Shown here: positions 9,775 to 18,547 of the stretch, piece after piece
How the letters are laid out: each line of letters starts with the position of its first letter
Numbering within the stretch: position 1 is the stretch's first letter
Assembly: GCA_021731295.1 (NCBI GenBank)
Contig: JAKFXQ010000014.1
Span: 1-60,164 of the forward strand
Direction of reading: 5' to 3'
From: Patescibacteria group bacterium
GTDB taxonomy: Bacteria; Patescibacteriota; Minisyncoccia; Phycocordibacterales; UBA2100
DNA: 60,164 bases
The notes under the pieces: model-generated
Seen by the model: the letters and a program-made list of their open reading frames with translations, nothing else
Told to the model about the DNA's origin: nothing
Database searches by the model: none
Position numbers and translations under genes: made by a program

Positions 9775-10539
9775 TTACCGTTTCGCCACGTTCCAGAGCG
9801 CGTTGAAGAATTCGCGATAGCCATCCGCTACCGCCTTGCTAAGGAGGGTGAAATCAAGAATCGGGGAGCCATAGACAACGAAAGTGACACTTTCTGGATG
9901 AATTTCGGTGCTCGTTATGCCTATCGATTGACCCGGAAATATTCGATACGTCCAAAGAGGCCGATTCTTGTCCATAATCTCAAGCCTCGCTCGCTGTGCT
10001 TCCGATCCGATGTACCGAACCTGAATCCCCTTCTCGATTCGCACCTTTTCATATTCGTCCGTCAGCCCGAGACTATCGAATGTTGCCATGTATCGTTCTG
10101 ATTGACTCGCGATCACGTCGATTGTCGTACCGGTAGGGAGACCTCGGATCATTTCGAGCTGATGCGCGACAAAGGCATCGTCTCCCTGATAGACCTCGAA
10201 ATCTTGCTCATGGGCGCCAGAGAAGCGCTGTTCTAGCTGACGGACAATCGTTTGTGCAGACAATCGCTTTTCTTCGAGCGTGGCGAGTATGCGTTTCGGT
10301 GCATTTGCACTGAATTTCCTTCGGCCATTCTGAATCACGTGCCTCACCAGCCCCTTCTGCTCAAGTTGTGCAAGGGCGGTATAGACGAATTGCCCATGTA
10401 ATCCGGTTGCACGGATGATTTTGGTGGAACCGATGTCTCGATAGGGCAAAAGTGCCAAGTACACCTTCGCCTCCTTTTCGCTTAACCCTATGCCTTCAAG
10501 CTGTTTAATCACCCTCTTATCATCAGGATTCTGTGACAT
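9775..10539 (-). CDS. TrmB-family transcriptional regulator
   Basis: 254 aa. N-terminal winged-HTH LSEKEAKVYLALL...TGLHGQFVYTALAQLEQKGLV, typical of TrmB. Confidence 0.8.
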   Translation of the reverse strand: MSQNPDDKRVIKQLEGIGLSEKEAKVYLALLPYRDIGSTKIIRATGLHGQFVYTALAQLEQKGLVRHVIQNGRRKFSANAPKRILATLEEKRLSAQTIVRQLEQRFSGAHEQDFEVYQGDDAFVAHQLEMIRGLPTGTTIDVIASQSERYMATFDSLGLTDEYEKVRIEKGIQVRYIGSEAQRARLEIMDKNRPLWTYRIFPGQSIGITSTEIHPESVTFVVYGSPILDFTLLSKAVADGYREFFNALWNVAKR

Positions 10540-10599
10540 GTAACCATAATATCATGTATTTAAAGGATATTCTATCAATAATATTGTCATAACTATTCG

Positions 10600-10629
10600 T
10601 TGACAATAGTTGCTCTACCACGCTACAAT
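10600..10629 (+). promoter_or_regulatory. Sigma70-like promoter (TTGACA, 18 nt spacer, TACAAT) overlapped by an 8-bp inverted repeat
   Basis: TTGACA at 10600-10605 and TACAAT at 10624-10629, in an AT-rich divergent intergenic region. Inverted repeat TATTGTCA (10582-10589) / TGACAATA (10601-10608). AGGAGG at 10671-10676 precedes the GTG start at 10683. Confidence 0.5.
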
Positions 10630-10682
10630 AATCAAGGTTAATCAAGTTCAACCGTGCCCTACGCACACCAAGGAGGTTCATC

Positions 10683-11279
10683 GTGCGCATTCTCATCATC
10701 GACGACTCTGCGGCCAACCGTGAAGCTGCTCAGGAACAGCTGGAAGGTCACGAGCTTATCTTTGCGTCTTCGTACGACGAAGCGCAGAGAGCTCTCACTC
10801 CGCGTTTAGACTATGTGCGTGCAAAGAAACGTTTGGAGGAACTCTTGGAGGCAGCTGGCTTCTCGTGTGATTCGAAGCAGTATCGAAACACCGATAAGTG
10901 GGATGCCTTTTTGGAGGCCCACGACAGATTCGATGAACAGGCGTCGGAGGAGATGACAGAGCATCCTCACTTTGATGCTGTTCTGTCAGATCTCATGATG
11001 CCACCCTCTCTGCAGTTGCTTGCTGATCCGCGAGAGTTTGCGGATTTAGAGCTGCCGCTCGGCACATTTCTTGTGCTGCTGGCCATGCGGGCAGGGGTCA
11101 AGAAGGTTGGGCTCGTCACCGATACCAACCATCATCACCATCCGGCGTCAGCGGCCGTCGATGCCTTCCGTCCCTGGGATGGTGGTTTTGCGGTCGGCGA
11201 CACCATGGTGGTGTGCTGGAATCGTGGCAAATCTTGGGCCGAAGTTCTCAAGCTTCTCACTGTCGAGAAGTCTGGGTAA
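10683..11279 (+). CDS. Stand-alone atypical CheY-like receiver-domain protein
   Basis: 198 aa with a GTG start after AGGAGG. MRILIIDDS... beta1 strand and FDAVLSDLMMP phospho-acceptor-like motif. About 50 aa are inserted between them. No output domain. Confidence 0.6.
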   Translation: MRILIIDDSAANREAAQEQLEGHELIFASSYDEAQRALTPRLDYVRAKKRLEELLEAAGFSCDSKQYRNTDKWDAFLEAHDRFDEQASEEMTEHPHFDAVLSDLMMPPSLQLLADPREFADLELPLGTFLVLLAMRAGVKKVGLVTDTNHHHHPASAAVDAFRPWDGGFAVGDTMVVCWNRGKSWAEVLKLLTVEKSG

Positions 11280-11310
11280 GGCACGATTTGTTGCCCACAA
11301 ATAGGACACA

Positions 11311-11340
11311 AGCCCCGGCACCAATTGCCGGGGCTTTTTC
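11311..11340. terminator. Bidirectional intrinsic terminator hairpin
   Basis: AGCCCCGGCA / TGCCGGGGCT 10-bp stem followed by TTTTTC, between convergent genes. Confidence 0.75.
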
Positions 11341-11356
11341 TGCTATATTCAGCGTT

Positions 11357-11953
11357 CTACCCTAAATCTAGAGATTCACGGTCTGCCGTAGCCTTCGCGT
11401 CAGGGGCGGCTTTCGCGCCGCGATCAGGAGCGCGACGAGTCGGGCGGTAGTTTAAGAGGTATCGCTTTGGCTCCAAGTCGAGATCCAAAAAGTCATCGGC
11501 AGCCTCTTTCAGCTTGCCCGAGGTCGAGCGGCCGAAGGATACTACTTCTACCTGGCACCCTGCATGAATCTGCAAGTATTCGACGAGGGGGACGAAGTCG
11601 CCATCGCCTGTAACGAGAATGACGGTGTCGAGTTTTGGCGAGGCAACGATAGCATCAACCGCAAGTCCGACGTCCCAGTCGGCCTTTTTGGCACCGCCAT
11701 AGAAGACCTGGAGGTCCTTAGTAATCATTTCGATACCAACTTTGGCCAAGGCTTCGAAAAAGCCCTTCTCTTCCCCGCTTTCGGTCGTAACCGAGTAGGC
11801 GCGGGCGCGCACCAGGCGGCGTCCTTCGACGGTGTCCTTGAGGACGTTGCCGAAGTTAACGCGCGCATGGTAGAGGTTTTTAGCGCTGTGATAGAGGTTC
11901 TGCGTATCGATGAAGACACCGACGCGCTGTTCCGGATGTTTAATTGTGCTCAT
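11357..11953 (-). CDS. NYN/LabA-like domain protein (putative RNase)
   Basis: 198 aa. VGVFIDTQNLYHS..., ADWDVGLAVDA, VILVTGDGDFVPLVEYL are typical of the NYN (LabA/DUF88) fold. Basic, low-complexity C-tail. Confidence 0.8.
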   Translation of the reverse strand: MSTIKHPEQRVGVFIDTQNLYHSAKNLYHARVNFGNVLKDTVEGRRLVRARAYSVTTESGEEKGFFEALAKVGIEMITKDLQVFYGGAKKADWDVGLAVDAIVASPKLDTVILVTGDGDFVPLVEYLQIHAGCQVEVVSFGRSTSGKLKEAADDFLDLDLEPKRYLLNYRPTRRAPDRGAKAAPDAKATADRESLDLG

Positions 11954-12029
11954 AACAGTCTCTGGGATAAGTCCCAGTATACGTTAGTAATGCCACTACA
12001 GTGGCGCTGACGAGGAGAGGCGGGTCTGC

Positions 12030-12296
12030 TTACTTCTTGAGACCGAGCTTCTTGACGAGCGAGTTGTAGGAGCGCTTATTGGTGCCCTCAAGGTATTTCA
12101 AATGCTTGCGGCGGGTGGCAACGAGACCCAAAAGGCCACGGCGCGAGCTCTTATCCTTGCGATTCTTATCCAAATGCGCCGACAGTTCTTCAATACGGCG
12201 TGTGAGAACAGCGACCTGCACTTCAGGAGAGCCTGTGTCTCCCTCGTGGCGCTGGGTCTTCTTAATCTCGTTCTTCTTTTTCTGCTTCGTCAGCAT
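12030..12296 (-). CDS. rpsO: 30S ribosomal protein S15
   Basis: ORF trimmed to MLTKQKK... Has GDTGSPEVQVAVLTRRI..LS.HL..NRKD.SSRRGLL. Confidence 0.95.
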   Translation of the reverse strand: MLTKQKKKNEIKKTQRHEGDTGSPEVQVAVLTRRIEELSAHLDKNRKDKSSRRGLLGLVATRRKHLKYLEGTNKRSYNSLVKKLGLKK

Positions 12297-12361
12297 GCGG
12301 CGTACGATAGCACGCCTCAAGGCGGTTTGCAAGCGTTTAGGGCCTATTTTGCGGCCGGAAT

Positions 12362-12838
12362 CTACTCTGTTGGCGCTGTTTCTGCAGGAGCGTCGGTCAC
12401 GGAAATGACCCTTAGGCGGAAGATGAGGGGTGAATTTGCCGGAATAGCGCCAACCGCCTGATCGCCATAGGCCAGGGCCGGTGGGATATAGACAGCCCTC
12501 TCACCGCCCTCGCGCATGCCGTTTACGCCAATTTGGAAGCCCGCGATGATGCCGGGAGCGCCAAGGGTGAAGACCAGCGGCTGGCCGGAAGTCTCCGAAG
12601 AGTCGAAGACGGTGCCGTCAGGGAGTTGCCCAATGTAATCAACAGTAACCTGAGTGCCCGGGACAGCCTCGCGGCCCTCGCCGACGACGATATCCTGCCC
12701 TTCTACTTTATCGGTAGGAAGTTCGCCTGCTGGCTGATTTTCAGCAGAGACTTCTGGTTCAGAGTTAGATGACATGAAGAAGTATGCACCAAGTCCGATA
12801 ATGAGGACTGCGGCGAGTCCGGCAATTAGTTTGAACAT
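12362..12838 (-). CDS. Membrane-anchored FKBP-type peptidyl-prolyl cis-trans isomerase
   Basis: ORF 12362..13078 trimmed to MFKLIAGLAAVLIIG (TM anchor; ATG verified at 12838). FKBP core VTVDYIGQLPDGTVFDSS...IAGFQIGVNGMREGGER. Confidence 0.88.
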   Translation of the reverse strand: MFKLIAGLAAVLIIGLGAYFFMSSNSEPEVSAENQPAGELPTDKVEGQDIVVGEGREAVPGTQVTVDYIGQLPDGTVFDSSETSGQPLVFTLGAPGIIAGFQIGVNGMREGGERAVYIPPALAYGDQAVGAIPANSPLIFRLRVISVTDAPAETAPTE

Positions 12839-12911
12839 ATCTAAAGAATAACGCGCGTCATGATATGTGCAACTGGTGAATGCGGCATTATGTGCAGAGT
12901 GTGTCGCGCGG

Positions 12912-14063
12912 ATGCATACTGCACTCATGGAGCCTCTCGCATCGCGCATCAGACCTGATTCATTGACCTCGTTCGTCGGACAAGAGCATCTCGTCGGCGC
13001 TGGTAAACCGTTGCGCGTGGCGATTGCGCGTAAAGAATTGTTCTCGTTCATTCTCTGGGGCCCGCCAGGATGCGGCAAAACGACACTCGCGCGTATCTAT
13101 GCCACATCGGTGGGCGCCGAGTTCTACGAACTTTCTGCAGTGGATTCGGGAAAGGATGACATTAAGCGGGTCATTGGCGCGCGCGGAACACTGGTGAAAC
13201 AGAAACCACGCGTGCTTTTCGTAGACGAGATTCATCGTTTTAATAAAGCGCAGCAGGACTTCCTCCTTCCCTTCGTGGAGCGCGGAGACATCACACTCAT
13301 TGGCGCAACTACTGAGAATCCGTCGTTTGAAATCATCGCACCACTTTTATCCCGCTGCCGCGTCTTTGTACTGAACGAACTCTCGGAGAAAGAAATGCAG
13401 GGTATTATCGCGCGCACGAAACTCAAAGTTCCGAAAGACGCACGGGCGTGGCTTATTGCGCTTGCACAAGGTGATGCGCGTCAGGCCCTGACCATACTCG
13501 AAACGGCCGAGCGTCTCTACGGCGCAATCACCATCAACACCCTCAAGGAGGCCGTGCAATCGAAGCACCTTCGGTACGACAAAAAGGGCGAAGAGCACTA
13601 CAACACCATTTCCGCGTTCATAAAGTCGATGCGCGCGTCACAACCTGATGCTGCTCTCTACTATTTGGCCCGCATGATTGACGCCGGCGAAGACCCGAAG
13701 TTCATCGCGCGACGCATGGTTATATTCGCGAGCGAGGATGTAGGACTCGCGCAACCGACAGCGCTCGTCGTTGCGAATGCTGTATTCGAGGCGGTGCGTA
13801 GTATTGGGTATCCGGAAGCACGCATCTCACTCGCGCATGGCGCTGCATATCTCGCGACGTGCAAGAAAGATCGTCGTGCTTACGATGCGATTGAATCTGC
13901 ACTCGAAGACGCTCGTGCTCTCGGCAACCTCCCTATTCCTCTTAAGCTGCGCAATGCGCCGACGAAATTAATGAAGGAGCTGAAGTACGGCAAAGGGTAC
14001 GACATGTACGACACAGAGAGTTTTTTGCCAGACAAGTTGAAAAAGAAGCGATACTTGCAGTAG
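12912..14063 (+). CDS. rarA: Replication-associated recombination protein A (MgsA/RarA AAA+ ATPase)
   Basis: Walker A GPPGCGKTTLAR, Walker B LFVDEIHRFNK, MgsA C-terminal domain. The start is ATG at 12912 or 12927. Confidence 0.92.
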   Translation: MHTALMEPLASRIRPDSLTSFVGQEHLVGAGKPLRVAIARKELFSFILWGPPGCGKTTLARIYATSVGAEFYELSAVDSGKDDIKRVIGARGTLVKQKPRVLFVDEIHRFNKAQQDFLLPFVERGDITLIGATTENPSFEIIAPLLSRCRVFVLNELSEKEMQGIIARTKLKVPKDARAWLIALAQGDARQALTILETAERLYGAITINTLKEAVQSKHLRYDKKGEEHYNTISAFIKSMRASQPDAALYYLARMIDAGEDPKFIARRMVIFASEDVGLAQPTALVVANAVFEAVRSIGYPEARISLAHGAAYLATCKKDRRAYDAIESALEDARALGNLPIPLKLRNAPTKLMKELKYGKGYDMYDTESFLPDKLKKKRYLQ

Positions 14064-14128
14064 CGCCCACATTGCTTCTAGGACTGGGGTCGACTAGATT
14101 GCTAAGGGGCAACCAGAGGAGTCTCACG

Positions 14129-14473
14129 ATGATAGGCGACAAGTTGTTCGTTGGTACGGACTTTCACGAGATCATTTGCAAAGAGAAAGCGCATCTCGAG
14201 TTGCTCATACGGTACCTGGGCCGCAATGGGATGGACCCTTATGCTGCAATGAAGAAAGTGAATGAGAAGGTCGGCGAAACGGTGTGCGAACCGCATGCAG
14301 GGGTTCTCGCTTCGTACGAGTCGCTGGAGACGGAACGTTCCCTCATTGTGAAGGGCATGGAACACATCCCGACATTCATAACGCCCATCAAGGTGCTCTA
14401 TCGCGATGGCTACCGCGGGTACACGTACCGGACGCGAAGGATTGTGCGACCCGGGGACATGTCTCCCCGCTGA
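14129..14473 (+). CDS. Hypothetical protein
   Basis: ORF 14072..14473 trimmed to MIGDKLFV... It is followed by a strong terminator. No recognisable motif. Confidence 0.5.
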   Translation: MIGDKLFVGTDFHEIICKEKAHLELLIRYLGRNGMDPYAAMKKVNEKVGETVCEPHAGVLASYESLETERSLIVKGMEHIPTFITPIKVLYRDGYRGYTYRTRRIVRPGDMSPR

Positions 14474-14493
14474 CCCAGCATTCTGTTTGTGAA

Positions 14494-14515
14494 AGCGCCG
14501 CCCACGGGCGGCGCT
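14494..14515 (+). terminator. Intrinsic terminator hairpin
   Basis: AGCGCCGCC-CACG-GGCGGCGCT, then TCTGT. Confidence 0.7.
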
Positions 14516-14553
14516 TCTGTATGTCGCACAATATCAACTGATAGAATGCTCCC

Positions 14554-15465
14554 ATGGCACAGGACCTTCACTCGTTAAAACAGCAATTTCTAGAGTACTG
14601 CGAGATCGAGAAGGGGCGTTCTGTGAAGACGGTTGAAAACTATGACCGCTACCTCACCCGCTTTCTCACGCACACCAAAGTCACGTCCCCTGCTAAATTG
14701 AGCGAACAGGTCGTTCGCGAGTTCCGTTTGTGGCTCAATCGCCAGCCAGGTGTCGCCGGCGACATGAAGCGCAAGACGCAGAATTACTATCTCATCGCGC
14801 TCCGTGCGTTCCTTAAATACATACGGAAACAAGGAATCGAGTGCCTCTCCCCTGAACGCATTGAGCTTGCCAAGGTGGGAGGACGAGATTTGGACCTAAT
14901 CACCGCAGATGAGCTGAACCGTCTCATGAAGAGTCCCGTTGGCGACTCCACTAAGGCGCTTCGCGACCGAGCCATACTCGAACTCCTGTTCTCCACAGGC
15001 CTTCGCGTTTCTGAGCTCTGTGGTCTTAGTGCCGATTTGGACCTCTCTCGTGACGAGTTTTCTGTGCGCGGGAAGGGCGACAAGGTGCGGGTCGTGTTTC
15101 TTTCTCCGGGGGCGAAGAAGGCGGTCGCGGAATACATAAAGAAACGCGAGGATATGAGCGATGCGCTGTTTGCAGGATATGGTCGTGGACAGACTAAGGG
15201 TAAGGATTCGACGCGTCTCACGCCCCGCTCGGTGGAGCGCATAGTGAAACAGCATGCAATCAAGGCAGGAATCACTCGAAAAGTGACGCCGCACGTCATT
15301 CGACACTCGTTCGCGACAGATTTGCTCGAAAATGGCGCCGATCTGCGCTCCGTACAGGCCCTGTTGGGACACGCGAACATTGCTACGACCCAAGTCTATA
15401 CCCACGTGACCGACAAGCGCCTCCTCGAGGTACATCGGGCATTCCATGGGAAACGTCGGGGCTGA
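14554..15465 (+). CDS. Tyrosine recombinase XerC/XerD family
   Basis: 303 aa. SAM-like N-domain. Catalytic region RHSFATDLLENGADLRSVQALLGHANIATTQVYTHV. Confidence 0.92.
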   Translation: MAQDLHSLKQQFLEYCEIEKGRSVKTVENYDRYLTRFLTHTKVTSPAKLSEQVVREFRLWLNRQPGVAGDMKRKTQNYYLIALRAFLKYIRKQGIECLSPERIELAKVGGRDLDLITADELNRLMKSPVGDSTKALRDRAILELLFSTGLRVSELCGLSADLDLSRDEFSVRGKGDKVRVVFLSPGAKKAVAEYIKKREDMSDALFAGYGRGQTKGKDSTRLTPRSVERIVKQHAIKAGITRKVTPHVIRHSFATDLLENGADLRSVQALLGHANIATTQVYTHVTDKRLLEVHRAFHGKRRG

Positions 15466-15477
15466 TATGATGCCCGC

Positions 15478-16272
15478 ATGAAACTCGTCTCGTGGAACGT
15501 AAACGGCATACGGGCAATACACAGAAAGGGAGCATTTGTGCCGTTTGTAAACACATTTAAGCCCGACATTATCTGCCTTCAGGAAACAAAGGCCGAGCGG
15601 CACCAGTCAGAAGTTGACCTTCCAGACTACGACGAGTACTGGAACTCTGCCGAGCGCAAAGGATACAGCGGCACTGCCATTTTCAGCCGAGAGGCACCGC
15701 TCTCACTCACATTAGGCCTGCCGGACGACCTAGTCGCCAAGTACACCCTCTCCGGCGACGGGTATGGCAATCCTAATAAAGAGGGGCGCGTGCTTGCGGC
15801 CGAATATCCCAATTTTCACGTAGTCACCGTCTATACGCCTAACGCGAAACCCGATCTTTCTCGTCTCAACCTGCGCCACAAACACTGGGACCCCGCCTTC
15901 CTTACCTATATGAAACGGCTCGATGCCAAGAAGCCCGTCATATTCTGCGGGGACTTGAACGTTGCTCATACTGAAGACGACCTCGCAAACCCGAAACAGA
16001 ACGAGGGAGACCATGGATTTACGAAGGAGGAGCGCTCGGGCATCGACGCAATACACACAGCGGGATTTGTCGATACGTTTCGCTTGTTCCACAAGGGTAA
16101 TGGGCACTATTCGTGGTGGAGCAACTTTGGAAACGCGCGCTCTCGAAACGTCGGTTGGCGAATAGACTACATATTTGTCAGCGAACGGCTCGTGCCCAAG
16201 GTAAAGAAGGCCAGCATTCACGCCGACACGCTCGGCTCAGATCACTGCCCAGTTTCCGTAGAGATTTCATAA
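15478..16272 (+). CDS. xth: Exodeoxyribonuclease III (AP endonuclease)
   Basis: 264 aa. KLVSWNVNGIRA..., LQETK, GDLNVAH, SDHCPV. Confidence 0.95.
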   Translation: MKLVSWNVNGIRAIHRKGAFVPFVNTFKPDIICLQETKAERHQSEVDLPDYDEYWNSAERKGYSGTAIFSREAPLSLTLGLPDDLVAKYTLSGDGYGNPNKEGRVLAAEYPNFHVVTVYTPNAKPDLSRLNLRHKHWDPAFLTYMKRLDAKKPVIFCGDLNVAHTEDDLANPKQNEGDHGFTKEERSGIDAIHTAGFVDTFRLFHKGNGHYSWWSNFGNARSRNVGWRIDYIFVSERLVPKVKKASIHADTLGSDHCPVSVEIS

Positions 16273-16554
16273 AGGACATTCTTGGATGCATCAGTGAGTT
16301 ATCCACACCACTGTCCTTTACAATTACGAACACTTCGATATTCTTATGGACAGAGGATTGAGCCACTGCTTGATCCTAAAGCATTTTCCAAGTTCTTTAA
16401 TAGGACAGGTAAGCAGGTACACACCATAATCATTGGCAGCTATACAGCGCCTAACAATTGGAAAACGTACTGCTGGCTTAACCGGAAGAAGTCCAAGAGA
16501 CAAAAAAAGGAAAATGAGAAAAGTGAATGTTACGCATTCACTTAAGAAAAAGAT

Positions 16555-16609
16555 TCCCCGCTTTACGACTGTGGATAGGAAATGTCCTATCCACTAAGTG
16601 AAGCGGGGA
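16555..16609. terminator. Nested (double) hairpin between convergent xth and cca
   Basis: Outer stem TCCCCGCTT / AAGCGGGGA. Inner stem GTGGATAGGA-AATG-TCCTATCCAC (16571-16594). T-run after 16615. Confidence 0.65.
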
Positions 16610-16623
16610 TCTCCCTTTTTATG

Positions 16624-18090
16624 CTAGCTAACGTGATGTTTCGCACGAATCCCTCGTATCTCCTGCTCCTCCTCTTCATCTTTTCGCTCCTTGCCCTGCT
16701 TGCCCACTTTTTCAAGTTCCCCGTCGGTCAATTGAGCCAATACTGACGCTCGCTGAGCTAAATATTCGGCCGTATTCCTAGCCGGGTCGTCCAGAACCTC
16801 CTCAAGGAGTGCGTGAAGGAGCCATCCTAAGCGTGGACCAGGTGCCTCGCCCATACTCATGAGATCGGTCCCGTTAATCGCCAGCATTTGCACGGAAATC
16901 GGGTCCCGCATGGCCTCGTCAACCATAGACATGTACTTTCGTAGTCGAAATGGGTGTTCCTTGGGGCGTCCCGTACCTATGCGGTCACATACGCGCAGGT
17001 TCAATAGGTCCTTAATGCGATGCGTCCCCACTCGGGCTATGACCCTGCGTACTGCAGAAAGTGTGATTTTGTCCGGATCTGAGAAGAACATGTGCCACCT
17101 CACCAAGAGGGTCACTGTTTCTACGGTGTCGCGAGGGTACTTGAGGTCGGTGAGGATGCGCTTTGCCATTTTTGCCCCTATTACGTCGTGTCCGTAGAAG
17201 GTCCAGTCTTTCTTCTCGTCGGACCAGGCCCTGCTCGCGGGCTTCCCTACGTCATGCAGCATAGCCGCAAGGCGCAAATCGAGGGACCAGTTCTTGTCAG
17301 CTGCGTGCTGAAGGGTGCGTAGCGAGTGCTCGAATACGTCAAAGGAGTGCGCTTGATTTTGAGTTGCGCCAATTCCCTCCTCCAGCTCGGGAATCATGAA
17401 ACGCAAAAGGCCAAGCTTTTGAGCCATATACAGGCCCTGCATGGGCCGGTCACTCTCCAATGTCTTGGTAAGCTCATCACGGACACGCTCGCGCGAAATC
17501 TTCGTCAATTCTGGTGCGCAGGTGGCTATAGCGGTAGCGGTCGTGCCATCTAGCGCAAAACCGAGTTCGGAGGCCAGTCGTACGGCTCGCAGCATCCGCA
17601 GTGCATCCTCCGAAAAGCGCTCAACTGCGCCACCGACGGTAATGAGGACTCCCCTGCGCAAGTCGTCTTGCCCCCCGTGTAAATCAACAAGAGCCTCCGT
17701 AGAAGGTTCATATGCCATGGCGTTTATTGTGAAATCACGCCGCTCGAGGTCCTCTGACAGTGTTTCGGCCCAAGTCACGTCATCAGGATGTCGCGCATTC
17801 GAATACTTCCCTTCCTTTCGGTACGGCGTGATTTCGACGACCTTGTGTCGAGGGTTATCAGATGTGGTGACAATGCCCACCGTCCCGAAGTCATTCTCGT
17901 AAAAGGTCTCCTCATAGAGCGCCTGTATCTGCTCTGGCTGCGCGTTCGTCGTAATGTCCCAATCTTTGGGCTCGCGATCCAGCAGTAAGTCTCTCACACA
18001 GCCGCCAACCAAATAGGCCTCAAAACCTGCGTTTTTTAGCGCTGCATGGCACGAACGAACCACGTCAGGTATACGGCTCGAGGCAATCAC
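16624..18090 (-). CDS. cca: CCA-adding tRNA nucleotidyltransferase / poly(A) polymerase family with HD domain
   Basis: 488 aa. GGCVRDLLL...DWD nucleotidyltransferase head, RRDFTINA, and HD domain LHDVGKP. Confidence 0.9.
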   Translation of the reverse strand: MIASSRIPDVVRSCHAALKNAGFEAYLVGGCVRDLLLDREPKDWDITTNAQPEQIQALYEETFYENDFGTVGIVTTSDNPRHKVVEITPYRKEGKYSNARHPDDVTWAETLSEDLERRDFTINAMAYEPSTEALVDLHGGQDDLRRGVLITVGGAVERFSEDALRMLRAVRLASELGFALDGTTATAIATCAPELTKISRERVRDELTKTLESDRPMQGLYMAQKLGLLRFMIPELEEGIGATQNQAHSFDVFEHSLRTLQHAADKNWSLDLRLAAMLHDVGKPASRAWSDEKKDWTFYGHDVIGAKMAKRILTDLKYPRDTVETVTLLVRWHMFFSDPDKITLSAVRRVIARVGTHRIKDLLNLRVCDRIGTGRPKEHPFRLRKYMSMVDEAMRDPISVQMLAINGTDLMSMGEAPGPRLGWLLHALLEEVLDDPARNTAEYLAQRASVLAQLTDGELEKVGKQGKERKDEEEEQEIRGIRAKHHVS

Positions 18091-18136
18091 AAGTCAATTC
18101 TAGCATTAGGCGTAAAGACAGGTATCATAGCGAGAC

Positions 18137-18211
18137 GCTCTCGTGGTGAAACGGATATCACGGCAGTCTTCGGAACTGCTATTCCAGGTTCGAATCCTGG
18201 CGAGAGCACCA
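18137..18211 (+). tRNA. tRNA-Arg (anticodon TCG), CCA encoded
   Basis: Hand-folded cloverleaf. Acceptor GCTCTCG/CGAGAGC, D stem GTGA/TCAC, anticodon stem GCAGT/ACTGC with loop CTTCGGA, T arm CCAGG-TTCGAAT-CCTGG, then A-CCA. Confidence 0.85.
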
Positions 18212-18214
18212 ATG

Positions 18215-18288
18215 TGGTGCGGGCAGGGAGAATCGAACTCCCGACTCGTCCTTGGCAAGGACGCATTATACCACTTAACCATGCCCGC
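18215..18288 (-). tRNA. tRNA-Gly (anticodon GCC), CCA encoded
   Basis: The reverse complement folds as follows. Acceptor GCGGGCA/TGCCCGC, anticodon stem CGTCC/GGACG with loop TTGCCAA, T arm GGGAG-TTCGATT-CTCCC, then A-CCA. Confidence 0.85.
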
Positions 18289-18523
18289 AGTCCGCACATC
18301 CTCTCACACAATGCGGTGCATATCAACTGGACTTCCCTGCCCTATTTCGGCCTAGCCGCACCCCGCAAAGACTCACCGAAAATGTTCAAAACTGGGGACA
18401 AGTCTGTGGACATGTGGATAAAGGACATGGACAATCAATACGTACATGTACGTTACCTTAAGGAATTATGGCCCATTACGGCCATAATCGGCTAATTACG
18501 TTTCTTAGTACCACAATTTTGGC

Positions 18524-18537
18524 ATTTCACGTGAAAT
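18524..18537. repeat. Palindrome ATTTCACGTGAAAT (copy 1 of a TTCACGTGAA-core family), upstream of yraN
   Basis: Perfect 14-bp palindrome, 11 nt upstream of the yraN ATG. Confidence 0.8.
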
Positions 18538-18547
18538 CCACGAGAGT

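Noticed and set aside
14554-15465. Tyrosine recombinase considered as a marker of an integrated mobile element.
   Set aside because: Its sequence and size fit housekeeping XerC/XerD. The flanking genes (rarA, xth) are core functions, and no att-like repeats or phage or plasmid genes were seen nearby.
16282-16545. 87-aa ORF in the AT-rich island after xth.
   Set aside because: It has a TTG start without an SD, an odd composition with a Lys-rich tail, and it spans predicted hairpins. It is more likely non-coding and is treated under the AT-rich island finding.
16273-18547. Chromosomal replication origin (oriC), considered on the basis of two perfect DnaA boxes.
   Set aside because: It is not rejected outright but is not called as a feature. 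There are only two perfect boxes, and they are 2.1 kb apart. No dnaA or dnaN is adjacent. The flanking genes at 16273-16620 converge rather than diverge, and I cannot compute GC skew by eye.
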